64,000 nt of DNA from the NCBI GenBank assembly GCA_009840175.1, contig VXOI01000062.1, positions 4,727 through 68,726 on the forward strand, given 5' to 3'. Below, piece after piece: positions 35,853 to 43,819 of the stretch. The translations under genes were made by a program, and so were the position numbers. The DNA comes from Chloroflexota bacterium. GTDB taxonomy: Bacteria; Chloroflexota; Dehalococcoidia; Lucifugimonadales; UBA3495. Below the pieces are notes generated by a model. That model was not told where the DNA came from, did not search any database, and saw only the letters and a program-made list of their open reading frames with translations. Numbering within the stretch: the stretch's first letter is position 1; each line of letters begins with the position of its first letter.

Positions 35853-37133
35853 ATGAGCGGACAAAGGGAATTCGTCGCCGATCTGCACATCCACTCCCGC
35901 TACGCCTATGCTTGCAGCAAGAACCTTACGCTGCCTAATCTGGCGGCCACGGCGAAGGTCAAAGGCATCGGGCTGCTGGCTACCGGAGACTTCACCCATC
36001 CGGCATGGCTGTCTGAACTGGAAGCCGGACTCACGCCAGTGGACGAGGGGACCTTCCGGTACGATGGCGTCAGCTTCGTTCTCGGCACAGAGATAAGTTG
36101 CGTTTACCGGCAGGGCGGCAGGGCGCGTCGTCTGCACCTGTTGCTGTTCCTGTCGTCGCTGGAATGCGTGAAGCGGTTCAACGCACAACTGGCGCAGCGA
36201 GGCGTCAAGCTGGAAGGGGACGGGCGCCCCTCGGTGGGACTGTCGGCCAGGGAACTGGGCTCCCTGGCGCTGGACATTGACCCGGAGGCGACGGTGATAC
36301 CGGCCCACGTCTGGACGCCGTGGTACGGATTGCTGGGGTCCGTGTCCGGCTTCGACAGTCTTGAGGAATGCTTCGGGGAGTTGACTCCGATGATCAGGGC
36401 GGTGGAAACGGGGCTTTCCAGCGACCCGGCCATGAACTGGAGCGTGCCTGATATGCAGGGGAAGGCCATCCTCTCATTTTCCGACGCCCACTCCCCGCCG
36501 AACCTGGGGCGGGAAGTTACCGTGTTCACAGGGAAGCCGACTTATGGCGGCCTCAAGGAAGCCGTGGAGCGAAACTCGGTCGCATATACGGTGGAATTTT
36601 ATCCCGAAGAAGGAAAATATCACTACAGCGGGCACAGGAACTGCGGAATCAGCCAGTCTCCGAGCGATACGGCGGTACAGGGAAGCGGTCTTTGCCCGGT
36701 CTGCGGACGCCCTCTGACCCTGGGAGTGCTGCACCGAGTCAATTCGCTGTCGACTGTGCCCGAGTCGGAAGAGAAACGTGAGCCGATGCCGGGAGCGGAT
36801 GGCTTTATTCGTCCGGTGGATGACCGTCCACCCTTCCTGCGGCTGGTTCCTCTGGAGGAACTGCTGGCGGAAACGCTGGGGGTGGGCCGACGCAGCAAGG
36901 CCGTAGCGAGCGCCTATCAGAAGCTGTGCGCCGAACTCGGCAGCGAGCTGGCGGTGCTGGCCTGGGCCGATGAGGCTGATATTCGGCGGGTGTCGGGTGA
37001 GCAGGTGGCGCAGGCCATTCTGAGGGCTCGCACCGGGCAGGTCGCGGTTGAGCCGGGATTCGACGGACAGTACGGGACGGTGCGGGTGTGGAGCCTATCG
37101 CAGGGCGATCCTCAGCAGGCAGCTCTGTTCTGA
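35853..37133 (+). CDS. endonuclease Q (PHP-domain, deaminated-base-specific endonuclease) homolog
   Basis: ..VADLHIHSRYA.., ..GTGDFTHPAW.., ..IPAHVWTPW.., ..SFSDAHSP..LGRE.., ..EGKYHYSGHRNC.. and a Zn-finger ..CPVCGRPLTLGVLHRV.., ending in ..GFDGQYGTVRV. These are colinear with archaeal EndoQ as I recall it. Confidence 0.75.
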   Translation: MSGQREFVADLHIHSRYAYACSKNLTLPNLAATAKVKGIGLLATGDFTHPAWLSELEAGLTPVDEGTFRYDGVSFVLGTEISCVYRQGGRARRLHLLLFLSSLECVKRFNAQLAQRGVKLEGDGRPSVGLSARELGSLALDIDPEATVIPAHVWTPWYGLLGSVSGFDSLEECFGELTPMIRAVETGLSSDPAMNWSVPDMQGKAILSFSDAHSPPNLGREVTVFTGKPTYGGLKEAVERNSVAYTVEFYPEEGKYHYSGHRNCGISQSPSDTAVQGSGLCPVCGRPLTLGVLHRVNSLSTVPESEEKREPMPGADGFIRPVDDRPPFLRLVPLEELLAETLGVGRRSKAVASAYQKLCAELGSELAVLAWADEADIRRVSGEQVAQAILRARTGQVAVEPGFDGQYGTVRVWSLSQGDPQQAALF

Positions 37134-37273
37134 ACCGAGTACGTCCGTGGGCCGGTGGTTCGGGGCGGGTCTGTGCCATCTTGTGCTACAATTCGCGCTA
37201 TCCCAAAGGGTTGACCTTGCCCGGCATTGCGTCGGCGCAAGTATCTGCTTCCCGATTGCCGCAGTAAGTCCCA

Positions 37274-37930
37274 GTGTATCTGCGCCGTCTGAAAAAAGAG
37301 GACATAACCGAGGTCGTCGAGATTGAGCGAGAGGCGTTCTCGCCGATCTGGACGAGTTCGCCCTTCAAGCGCGATATAAACAACAAGCGGGCTTGTTACC
37401 TTGTGGCCTGCATCGAAACCGATGACTCGGAACCCCTGCCGTTGGAACCCCTCCTAGAAGAAGAGGAAGTTGATGCGCCCCGTTCATGGCTGTCGCGTTT
37501 GGCGGAGCGGTTGGGGTTTGGCGGGAACGACTCGGAGGCACCGGAGAAAGACGACTACGCTATTGCCGGTTATGTCAGCGTCTGGTACCAGGGGGACGAG
37601 GCTCACATCGTCGAAATCGCCGTGCGGGAAACGTTGCGCGGCAACGGTATCGGCGAGTTGCTGCTCATCGGGTCGCTCCGGGCCGCCGTGGAATTTGGGT
37701 CCCACGTGATGACGCTGGAGGCCCGGGTGTCCAACTTCATTGCCCAGAGACTGTATGAAAAGTACAGCTTCAAGTCGGTGGGCATTCGCAAGGGATATTA
37801 CTCCGACAACCGGGAAGACGCGGTCATTATGACCACCACTCCGATTGATAGCGAAGAATATGGGCGAATGTTCCGGGAGCTTCAGGATACTTGGGAATCC
37901 CGATGGGGGCCGATTAACATTCAGGAGTGA
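37274..37930 (+). CDS. rimI: ribosomal-protein-alanine N-acetyltransferase (GNAT) with an acidic insertion
   Basis: ..EDITEVVEIEREAF.. and the acetyl-CoA motif ..RGNGIGELLL.., plus ..YEKYSFKSVGIRKGYY... It uses a GTG start. An Asp/Glu-rich insert of about 50 aa follows ..LVACIE. Confidence 0.7.
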   Translation: MYLRRLKKEDITEVVEIEREAFSPIWTSSPFKRDINNKRACYLVACIETDDSEPLPLEPLLEEEEVDAPRSWLSRLAERLGFGGNDSEAPEKDDYAIAGYVSVWYQGDEAHIVEIAVRETLRGNGIGELLLIGSLRAAVEFGSHVMTLEARVSNFIAQRLYEKYSFKSVGIRKGYYSDNREDAVIMTTTPIDSEEYGRMFRELQDTWESRWGPINIQE

Positions 37931-37976
37931 TCCAACCCCCGAAGTTTTGCATGGCAGCTCGCTTGCGGCATTCAAG

Positions 37977-38005
37977 TTGACCATATTATGGGCGGTTGTT
38001 AGAAT
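37977..38005 (+). promoter_or_regulatory. sigma70-like promoter of the coaE / AAA+ / NUDIX / VWA operon
   Basis: TTGACC (37977..37982), a 17-nt spacer, then TAGAAT (38000..38005), 72 nt upstream of the coaE ATG. Confidence 0.55.
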
Positions 38006-38077
38006 GACGCTCATTGCGCCCTCTTGCCTGCTGTATCGTCCGGTTTCGGCTGGCAGTGAGGGCGATTCCGGGGGCGT

Positions 38078-38689
38078 ATGCTAGTCATCGGGCTGACCGG
38101 CGGTATTGGCACGGGCAAGAGCGAAGCCGCCAGACAAATGGTCTCGCTGGGAGCCGCGCTTATTGACGCCGACGTGGTGGGCCATGAAGCCTACACGCCC
38201 CACGCAGAGGCCTGGCGACAGGTGGTGGAAGCCTTCGGCGAGGGCATCCTGCAACCCAGCGGTGAAATTGACCGGCGCAGCCTGGGCGCTATCGTATTTT
38301 CGGACCCGGAGCAGTTGGCCAAGCTGAACGGCATCATGCACCCGCTCATGGCGCGGATGGTGAAGGAGAGGATCGAGGCTCTTGAGGCCGAGGGCGTAGA
38401 GGTGGTAGTGGTGGAGGCTGCCCTGCTTTTCGAGGCCGGATGGGATTCCTTGGTGCAGGAAGTCTGGGTGACCGATTCCTCTGAGGACGCGGTAATCCAT
38501 CGCCTTTCCCAGCGGAACGGAATGAGCGAGGAGGAGGCCCGGAAGCGGCTGGATTCGCAGATGAGCCGCCCCGAGCGGTTGGGCCGGGCCGATGTGGTGA
38601 TTGACAACTCCGGGGACGTTGCCGAAATGCGGGGAACGATCAGCGAGTTGTGGGAAACCAGAGTCAAAGAAAGGATTGAGCAGACATAA
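38078..38689 (+). CDS. coaE: dephospho-CoA kinase
   Basis: MLVIGLTGGIGTGKSEA.. is a P-loop, and ..IDADVVGHE.. is typical of CoaE. Its stop overlaps the next start (TAATG). Confidence 0.88.
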   Translation: MLVIGLTGGIGTGKSEAARQMVSLGAALIDADVVGHEAYTPHAEAWRQVVEAFGEGILQPSGEIDRRSLGAIVFSDPEQLAKLNGIMHPLMARMVKERIEALEAEGVEVVVVEAALLFEAGWDSLVQEVWVTDSSEDAVIHRLSQRNGMSEEEARKRLDSQMSRPERLGRADVVIDNSGDVAEMRGTISELWETRVKERIEQT

Positions 38690-39606
38690 TGGTTGAAGCC
38701 GTAGAGCAAGAACAACAACATTACAGCGAGTACGCGATTGAGGAGTTTCTGGTCAGGGCCGAACCGTACTACCGTGCGGTGGGCGACGAAATGGAGCTGT
38801 TCGCCGCGGCTTACCAACAGCACATTCCGGTGCTGCTCAAGGGGCCGACCGGCTGCGGCAAGACCCGTTTCGTGGAATATATGGCCTGGAAGCTGGGGCG
38901 CCCTCTGACCGTGATCCGAGAGCAGGAGAAGGCCTCCGGCGCAGCGCAGGAAGTTCGGGAAGGCGAGGTGCGTGTGCCCCTGGTCACCATCGCCTGCCAC
39001 GAGGACCTCACCGCCAGCGACTTGGTGGGCCGGTACTTGCTGGACGCGGAAGGCACCCGCTGGATTGACGGTCCAATGACCCGCGCGGTCAAAGCCGGCG
39101 CCATCCTGTACTTGGATGAGGTGGTGGAAGCCCGCAAGGACACCACGGTGCTGATACATCCCCTCACCGACCACCGCCGTATTCTTCCGGTGGAGAAGAC
39201 CGGCTCGATCATCGAGGCCGATGACCGGTTCCTGCTCTGCATCTCGTACAATCCCGGATACCAGAGCGCGCTGAAGGACCTGAAGCACAGCACGCGGCAG
39301 CGTTTCATCTCGATAGAGTTCTATTACCCGCCACGGGAAATCGAACGGGAGATTATTCAGCAGGAGGCCGGCTGCACCGAGGAGCAGGCCGACGCCTTGG
39401 CCAAGCTGGGCGAGAAGATTCGCAACCTCGAGGACCATGGCCTGCAGGAAGGAGCCAGCACACGGCTGCTCATCTATGCTGGACGGTTAATGTCCGAGGG
39501 CATCCCCGCCCGCCGCGCCTGCCAGGTCGCCATCGTCTGGACGCTGACCGACGACCCGGAGTTGCAGCGCAGCCTTGAGGAAGTGGCCTCCTCGATATTC
39601 GAGTAG
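38689..39606 (+). CDS. CbbQ/NirQ/NorQ/GpvN-family MoxR-like AAA+ ATPase
   Basis: ..EPYYRAVGDEMELF..VLLKGPTGCGKTRFVEYMAWKLGRPL.., ..ACHEDLTASDLVGRYLL.., ..LYLDEVVEARKDTTVLIHPLTDHRRILPVEK.. and ..ISYNPGYQS..KDLKHSTRQRF.. are near-colinear with CbbQ as I recall it. Confidence 0.85.
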   Translation: MVEAVEQEQQHYSEYAIEEFLVRAEPYYRAVGDEMELFAAAYQQHIPVLLKGPTGCGKTRFVEYMAWKLGRPLTVIREQEKASGAAQEVREGEVRVPLVTIACHEDLTASDLVGRYLLDAEGTRWIDGPMTRAVKAGAILYLDEVVEARKDTTVLIHPLTDHRRILPVEKTGSIIEADDRFLLCISYNPGYQSALKDLKHSTRQRFISIEFYYPPREIEREIIQQEAGCTEEQADALAKLGEKIRNLEDHGLQEGASTRLLIYAGRLMSEGIPARRACQVAIVWTLTDDPELQRSLEEVASSIFE

Positions 39607-39664
39607 GTCATTGGAATCAGGGCATCTTGGAACGGGAGCGTAAGCAGTCCTGACGCCGCCGGAA

Positions 39665-40246
39665 TTGATCAAGCGGGCGCTGGCAGACCGGCCCACCGAG
39701 AGGGTGGCCGGGGATGATCTGACGCCCGCCGCCGTCATGGTGCTGCTGTATCCCAAGGACGGCGACTACTGCGTGCTGCTCAACAAGCGTTCCCAGGAAG
39801 TCGAACACCACAAAGGGGAGATCTCCTTTCCCGGCGGCGCCACCGACCCCGAAGACCGAGACTCCCTGGATACTGCCCTCCGCGAGACCGAGGAGGAAAT
39901 GGGGATTCACCGGGACGACATTACCGTCCTAGGCGAGATGGACGAGGTGGCGACCCGCTCCCGTTTTCGAGTCAACGTATTCGCTGGCACCCTTCGGCAA
40001 GCTCAGGGCCACCCTTACGAGTTCCGTCCCAGCGCTGACGAGATAGCGGAAATCGTGGAATTCCCGGTCAGCGCCCTGCGAGACCCTGCCAGCGTTCGAG
40101 TAGAAACTCACTGGCAGGACGGCGCTCCTTCCACGGTCTACTCATACGCCTACGACAAGCACTTGGTTTTCGGCGCAACTGCCAGAATCCTCCAGCAATT
40201 CCTGCAGCTCTTGGAGAATGGGCTGGAAAGCGAGGGTCACAATTGA
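39665..40246 (+). CDS. NUDIX hydrolase, CoA pyrophosphatase (NudL/NUDT7-like) type
   Basis: ..VLLNKRSQEVEHHKGEISFPGGATDPEDRDSLDTALRETEEEMGI.. has the NUDIX box with NudL-like spacing, plus a partial match to the CoA motif upstream of FPGG. TTG start. A 4-nt overlap (TTGA) links it to the next gene. Confidence 0.7.
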   Translation: MIKRALADRPTERVAGDDLTPAAVMVLLYPKDGDYCVLLNKRSQEVEHHKGEISFPGGATDPEDRDSLDTALRETEEEMGIHRDDITVLGEMDEVATRSRFRVNVFAGTLRQAQGHPYEFRPSADEIAEIVEFPVSALRDPASVRVETHWQDGAPSTVYSYAYDKHLVFGATARILQQFLQLLENGLESEGHN

Positions 40247-43200
40247 CGAGTAGCGCTCCACAACCCGAAATCGAACAGGAACTGGCCAAACTTCCCCCCG
40301 CCGTATTGGAAGCCTATCAAGAGGCTGTCGGTCCGGTGAAGGAGGCTTTCGGCCCGGACGAAGTAAGCCTCTGGGCCAAGGAGGGAGTCTCCATAGGCTC
40401 CCAGACCATCCGCTCATGGGAAGCGGCCATCGAGTATTACAAGGTCAGCCCCCATGTCTGCCGGTTCCTTTCTTTCCCGTCCTTCATGCAGTGGGCCCGC
40501 TGCGGCACTTACCTGGCGCAGGACTCCCCCACGCTGGCGGTGTCGTTCTTCAAGTCCAGCGTGGCTATCGTCCCCAACCTTCGCCCACAGTACATACCCC
40601 GCTGGGCCGGCTTGGGACGCAGCCTGTACAAGGGCACCTGGAAGTCCAGCACCCTGGCCGCGAAGTTCTTCGAGGTTTCACCGGAGCTGGTGCGCAGCCT
40701 TCCCTTCTGGGACGTTGAGGTGTTCGCCTCGCTGATAGAGGCCCTTTCGTACAAGTCCTACGACGTTGCCAGCGAGTGCCTTACGCTGGGCAAGGACGTG
40801 CTGCCCGGCATGGGACGGGAGCGGGAGCCGTTCCTGGCGATGACCCGCGCCTTGATTGACACCAGTTGGAGGGAGGTCAAGACTTGCTTGGAACTGGTGC
40901 CCCGCGCCCTCCAGCACGTGGACGAAGCCCAGACGGGCCGCTTCCTCAAGCTGGGCGAGCGGCTGGCCAAGGTGGGGCTGCGCGACACATCCCGCTTCCT
41001 GGCCGACGGCACCCAGGCGCTGGGCCGTGTGCCCCAGGGCAACCAGGGCTACATCCTTGACCTTTGCGACCAGCTGGTGGCCGTGGCCCCGGAGGCCGTT
41101 CCCCCCTTCCTGCGGAGCCTCGACAGCGTTCTCACGCGGATAACCGTCAGCCAGCTCGACACCTGGTACCAGCATGGGATGCGGCTGTTGCAGGAGAACC
41201 CGGAGAGCGGCATCGCCTTCTTCAAGATCGAGTCAAACACTTCGGAGCAGATGCTGGAGACCCTCTCATCCAGCCTGGAGCTTGACCGCGTGAAGGGCAT
41301 CATTCGCCTGTACTGCCGGGCATTGTCCGGGGCGGGCGTGGAAATCATGAGCACCCAGGAACTGGTGCGGCGCAACATCGGCTGGGTGGAGGAAGACACG
41401 GCATCTACAGACGGCTCCAAGGTGTTCCTGCCGCCGGTGGTTGACCGGTATTTCAACAAGCAGGACAACTTCTCATGGTTCAAGGTGGTGTCCACCCACC
41501 AGATAAGCCGCCTGGAATTCGGCAGCTTTGAGTTCCAGTTCGACAAACCGGCTACGCAGTTTGACGACCGCCGCCATGCCATGGAAGAGGAAATCAATGC
41601 CAGGAAGGCGGAGGAACTGGCGGCGCGTCAGGCGATGATCGAGATGGCCCGGGAAATGGCCGGGGGCGAGGCCGATGTGGAGGTTTCGTTCGTTGAGATG
41701 CGGCCGGACGGTTCTTCCTCGGCGATGCAAGGCCCGGTGCCGGATAGCCCCGGCTCCATGCGGGCCTACACCGACATCGGTCGGTTCCTGTCCATGTTCG
41801 AGAACGGCAAGCTGGCCTTCGACCTGTTCACCGTTCTGGAAGACGGCCGACTGGACTATCGCATAAATGTGGAGTACCCCGGCATTCGCCGGGCCGCTTC
41901 CCGCGTGCAGCAGGACGCCCTGGAAGGCCGCCCTCCCATCGAGCAGATGCCCCTCCAGCAGGCAATGGTTGAGTTGCTCGTTCACATGAGCTTGGAGCGG
42001 TTCACTGCTCCTGTGCCGGAGGAATACGAAGAGGTCGCGGTGATGCTCTCCCGCATCCTGCACAACCTGCGCACTATCGAGGCCAACGTGGAAGACACCG
42101 CCGAGGCCACCCTGAGAGCCTACGAAATCATCTCCCGCCTGCCCAACCAGCAGGAGGAAGAGGACCAGTGGGACGAGCAGGACCTGGAGGAACCCGGCGA
42201 CTTCAACGAGGAAGAGTTCCAGGACCTCGTAGACCGCCTTCAAGCCGATATGGATCAGCGCGGCGAAGGTCAGGAAGGCGACGATTCCTACGAATCGCCG
42301 GAGCCGGTGGACTATCGCGGCGACTTCAAGCCGGAGATGGTGCAGTTGTTGACCCGTCTCCAGGCCGACAGCAGCGACCAGGACGGCGAGGCCCAGCCCA
42401 TGACCCAGGAGATGCTGGAACAGCTTCTCCAGGACAGCGACGAGCTGGAGCTGGACGCCGAGCAGGGCGACATAACCGACGCCATGACCACCTTCGCCCA
42501 GAACATAATGAAAGAGGCGGGCGCGCCGCCGCCCAACTCCCAGCCCGGCCAGGGCTATGGCCCGCTGCTCAACGACGACGAGCAGGGCGGCGAGTTGGAG
42601 GCCCGGGAGCCGCAGACGTTCCTGTACGACGAGTGGGACTTCCGCGCCAACGACTACAAGCCCCGCTGGTGCATCGTCAAAGAAAAGACGGTTGAAGAAG
42701 GCGACATAAACTTCTACCAGGACGCCCTGAAGAACTACTCGTCGCTTTCCAACCACATCCGGCGCCAGTTCGAGCTGATAATGCCGGAGAGTATGCGCAA
42801 GACCTACCGGCTCATTGACGGCGAAGACCTGGACCTCAACGCGACGCTGGAGGCCTGGGTTGACCTGAAGATGAACATCCCGCCGGACGACAAAATTTAC
42901 TGGCACCGCAATCGCAACCGCCGCGACGTGGCCGTGGTGTTCCTGCTGGACATGAGCGCCTCCACTGCCGAGGCCATTGATGAGGGCCGCCAGATGGTGG
43001 ATGACCGCGACGCGCCCGACGATCCGGTGGAGTACATGGTCTGGCTGCGCCGACGCCGCGAGGGGCTGGTGCGCCGCAACTACAAGCGCATCATCGACCT
43101 AGAGAAGGAAAGCACGGCGCTGCTGGTGAACGCTCTGGAGTCCATCGGCGACACCTACGGCATCTACGGCTTCTCCGGCTATGGCCGGGAAAACGTCGAG

Positions 43201-43629
43201 TTCTATGTGATCAAGGACATCAACGAAAACTTCGGCGACAAGGTCAAGCGGCGGATTGACAAGATCACGCCGCTCCACGCCACCCGCATGGGCGCGGCCA
43301 TCCGCCACGCCATCACCAAGCTGGAAAACCAGGACGCGCACACCAAGATAATGTTCCTGGTCAGCGACGGGCGGCCCCAGGACCGGGGCTACAGCCGCGA
43401 GGGCGTGGAGAAGGAGTACGCCGTCCACGACACCCACATGGCGCTGGTGGAAGCCCGCCAGAAGTCCATCACGCCGTTCTGCCTGACGGTAGACAAGGCG
43501 GGCCATGACTACCTGAAGAGTATGTGCGGCGACATGGGCTACGAGGTCCTGGGCGAAATCTGGTCCCTGCCCGAGCGCCTGCCCATGCTCTACCGCGAGC
43601 TGACGGCGCGGAGGTTCGCGCGACGGTAG
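40243..43629 (+). CDS. CbbO/NorD-like von Willebrand factor A protein, unusually large (1128 aa)
   Basis: ..LELDRVKGIIRLYCRALSG.., ..TDGSKVFLPP.., ..FKVVSTHQISRLEFGSFEF.. and ..YDEWDFRANDYKPRWCIVKE.., with a C-terminal VWA carrying MIDAS DMSAS (..VVFLLDMSASTAE.., ..LVSDGRPQD..). These are all CbbO/NorD hallmarks. Confidence 0.8.
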   Translation: MTSSAPQPEIEQELAKLPPAVLEAYQEAVGPVKEAFGPDEVSLWAKEGVSIGSQTIRSWEAAIEYYKVSPHVCRFLSFPSFMQWARCGTYLAQDSPTLAVSFFKSSVAIVPNLRPQYIPRWAGLGRSLYKGTWKSSTLAAKFFEVSPELVRSLPFWDVEVFASLIEALSYKSYDVASECLTLGKDVLPGMGREREPFLAMTRALIDTSWREVKTCLELVPRALQHVDEAQTGRFLKLGERLAKVGLRDTSRFLADGTQALGRVPQGNQGYILDLCDQLVAVAPEAVPPFLRSLDSVLTRITVSQLDTWYQHGMRLLQENPESGIAFFKIESNTSEQMLETLSSSLELDRVKGIIRLYCRALSGAGVEIMSTQELVRRNIGWVEEDTASTDGSKVFLPPVVDRYFNKQDNFSWFKVVSTHQISRLEFGSFEFQFDKPATQFDDRRHAMEEEINARKAEELAARQAMIEMAREMAGGEADVEVSFVEMRPDGSSSAMQGPVPDSPGSMRAYTDIGRFLSMFENGKLAFDLFTVLEDGRLDYRINVEYPGIRRAASRVQQDALEGRPPIEQMPLQQAMVELLVHMSLERFTAPVPEEYEEVAVMLSRILHNLRTIEANVEDTAEATLRAYEIISRLPNQQEEEDQWDEQDLEEPGDFNEEEFQDLVDRLQADMDQRGEGQEGDDSYESPEPVDYRGDFKPEMVQLLTRLQADSSDQDGEAQPMTQEMLEQLLQDSDELELDAEQGDITDAMTTFAQNIMKEAGAPPPNSQPGQGYGPLLNDDEQGGELEAREPQTFLYDEWDFRANDYKPRWCIVKEKTVEEGDINFYQDALKNYSSLSNHIRRQFELIMPESMRKTYRLIDGEDLDLNATLEAWVDLKMNIPPDDKIYWHRNRNRRDVAVVFLLDMSASTAEAIDEGRQMVDDRDAPDDPVEYMVWLRRRREGLVRRNYKRIIDLEKESTALLVNALESIGDTYGIYGFSGYGRENVEFYVIKDINENFGDKVKRRIDKITPLHATRMGAAIRHAITKLENQDAHTKIMFLVSDGRPQDRGYSREGVEKEYAVHDTHMALVEARQKSITPFCLTVDKAGHDYLKSMCGDMGYEVLGEIWSLPERLPMLYRELTARRFARR

Positions 43630-43664
43630 ACATGCCCCGACAACGGCAAATCACTGGCAGCAAG

Positions 43665-43694
43665 AAGCCCGCTCCTATGATTCGGGGCGGGCTT
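43665..43694 (+). terminator. candidate terminator after the VWA gene
   Basis: aagcccgc / gcgggctt is an 8-bp stem with a 14-nt loop. The T-tail is weak. Confidence 0.35.
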
Positions 43695-43819
43695 ATTGGT
43701 GTCATCATTCCGGCTTCGTTTGGTTTTGGAACATACGGGGCATCCCTGCGCCTCATAATCCAAAAACGCGCGGGACCCCTAGGTGGTCTGTTGCCGTTCC
43801 AAAGTAGCCTTTCAATGTC

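Noticed and set aside
38689-43629. Calling the AAA+/VWA pair a Rubisco activase (CbbQ/CbbO) or a NorQ/NorD.
   Set aside because: Family membership is clear, but no Rubisco, carboxysome, NOR or nitrite reductase gene is in the window. The specific function cannot be transferred, so they are reported as Q/O-like with unknown client.
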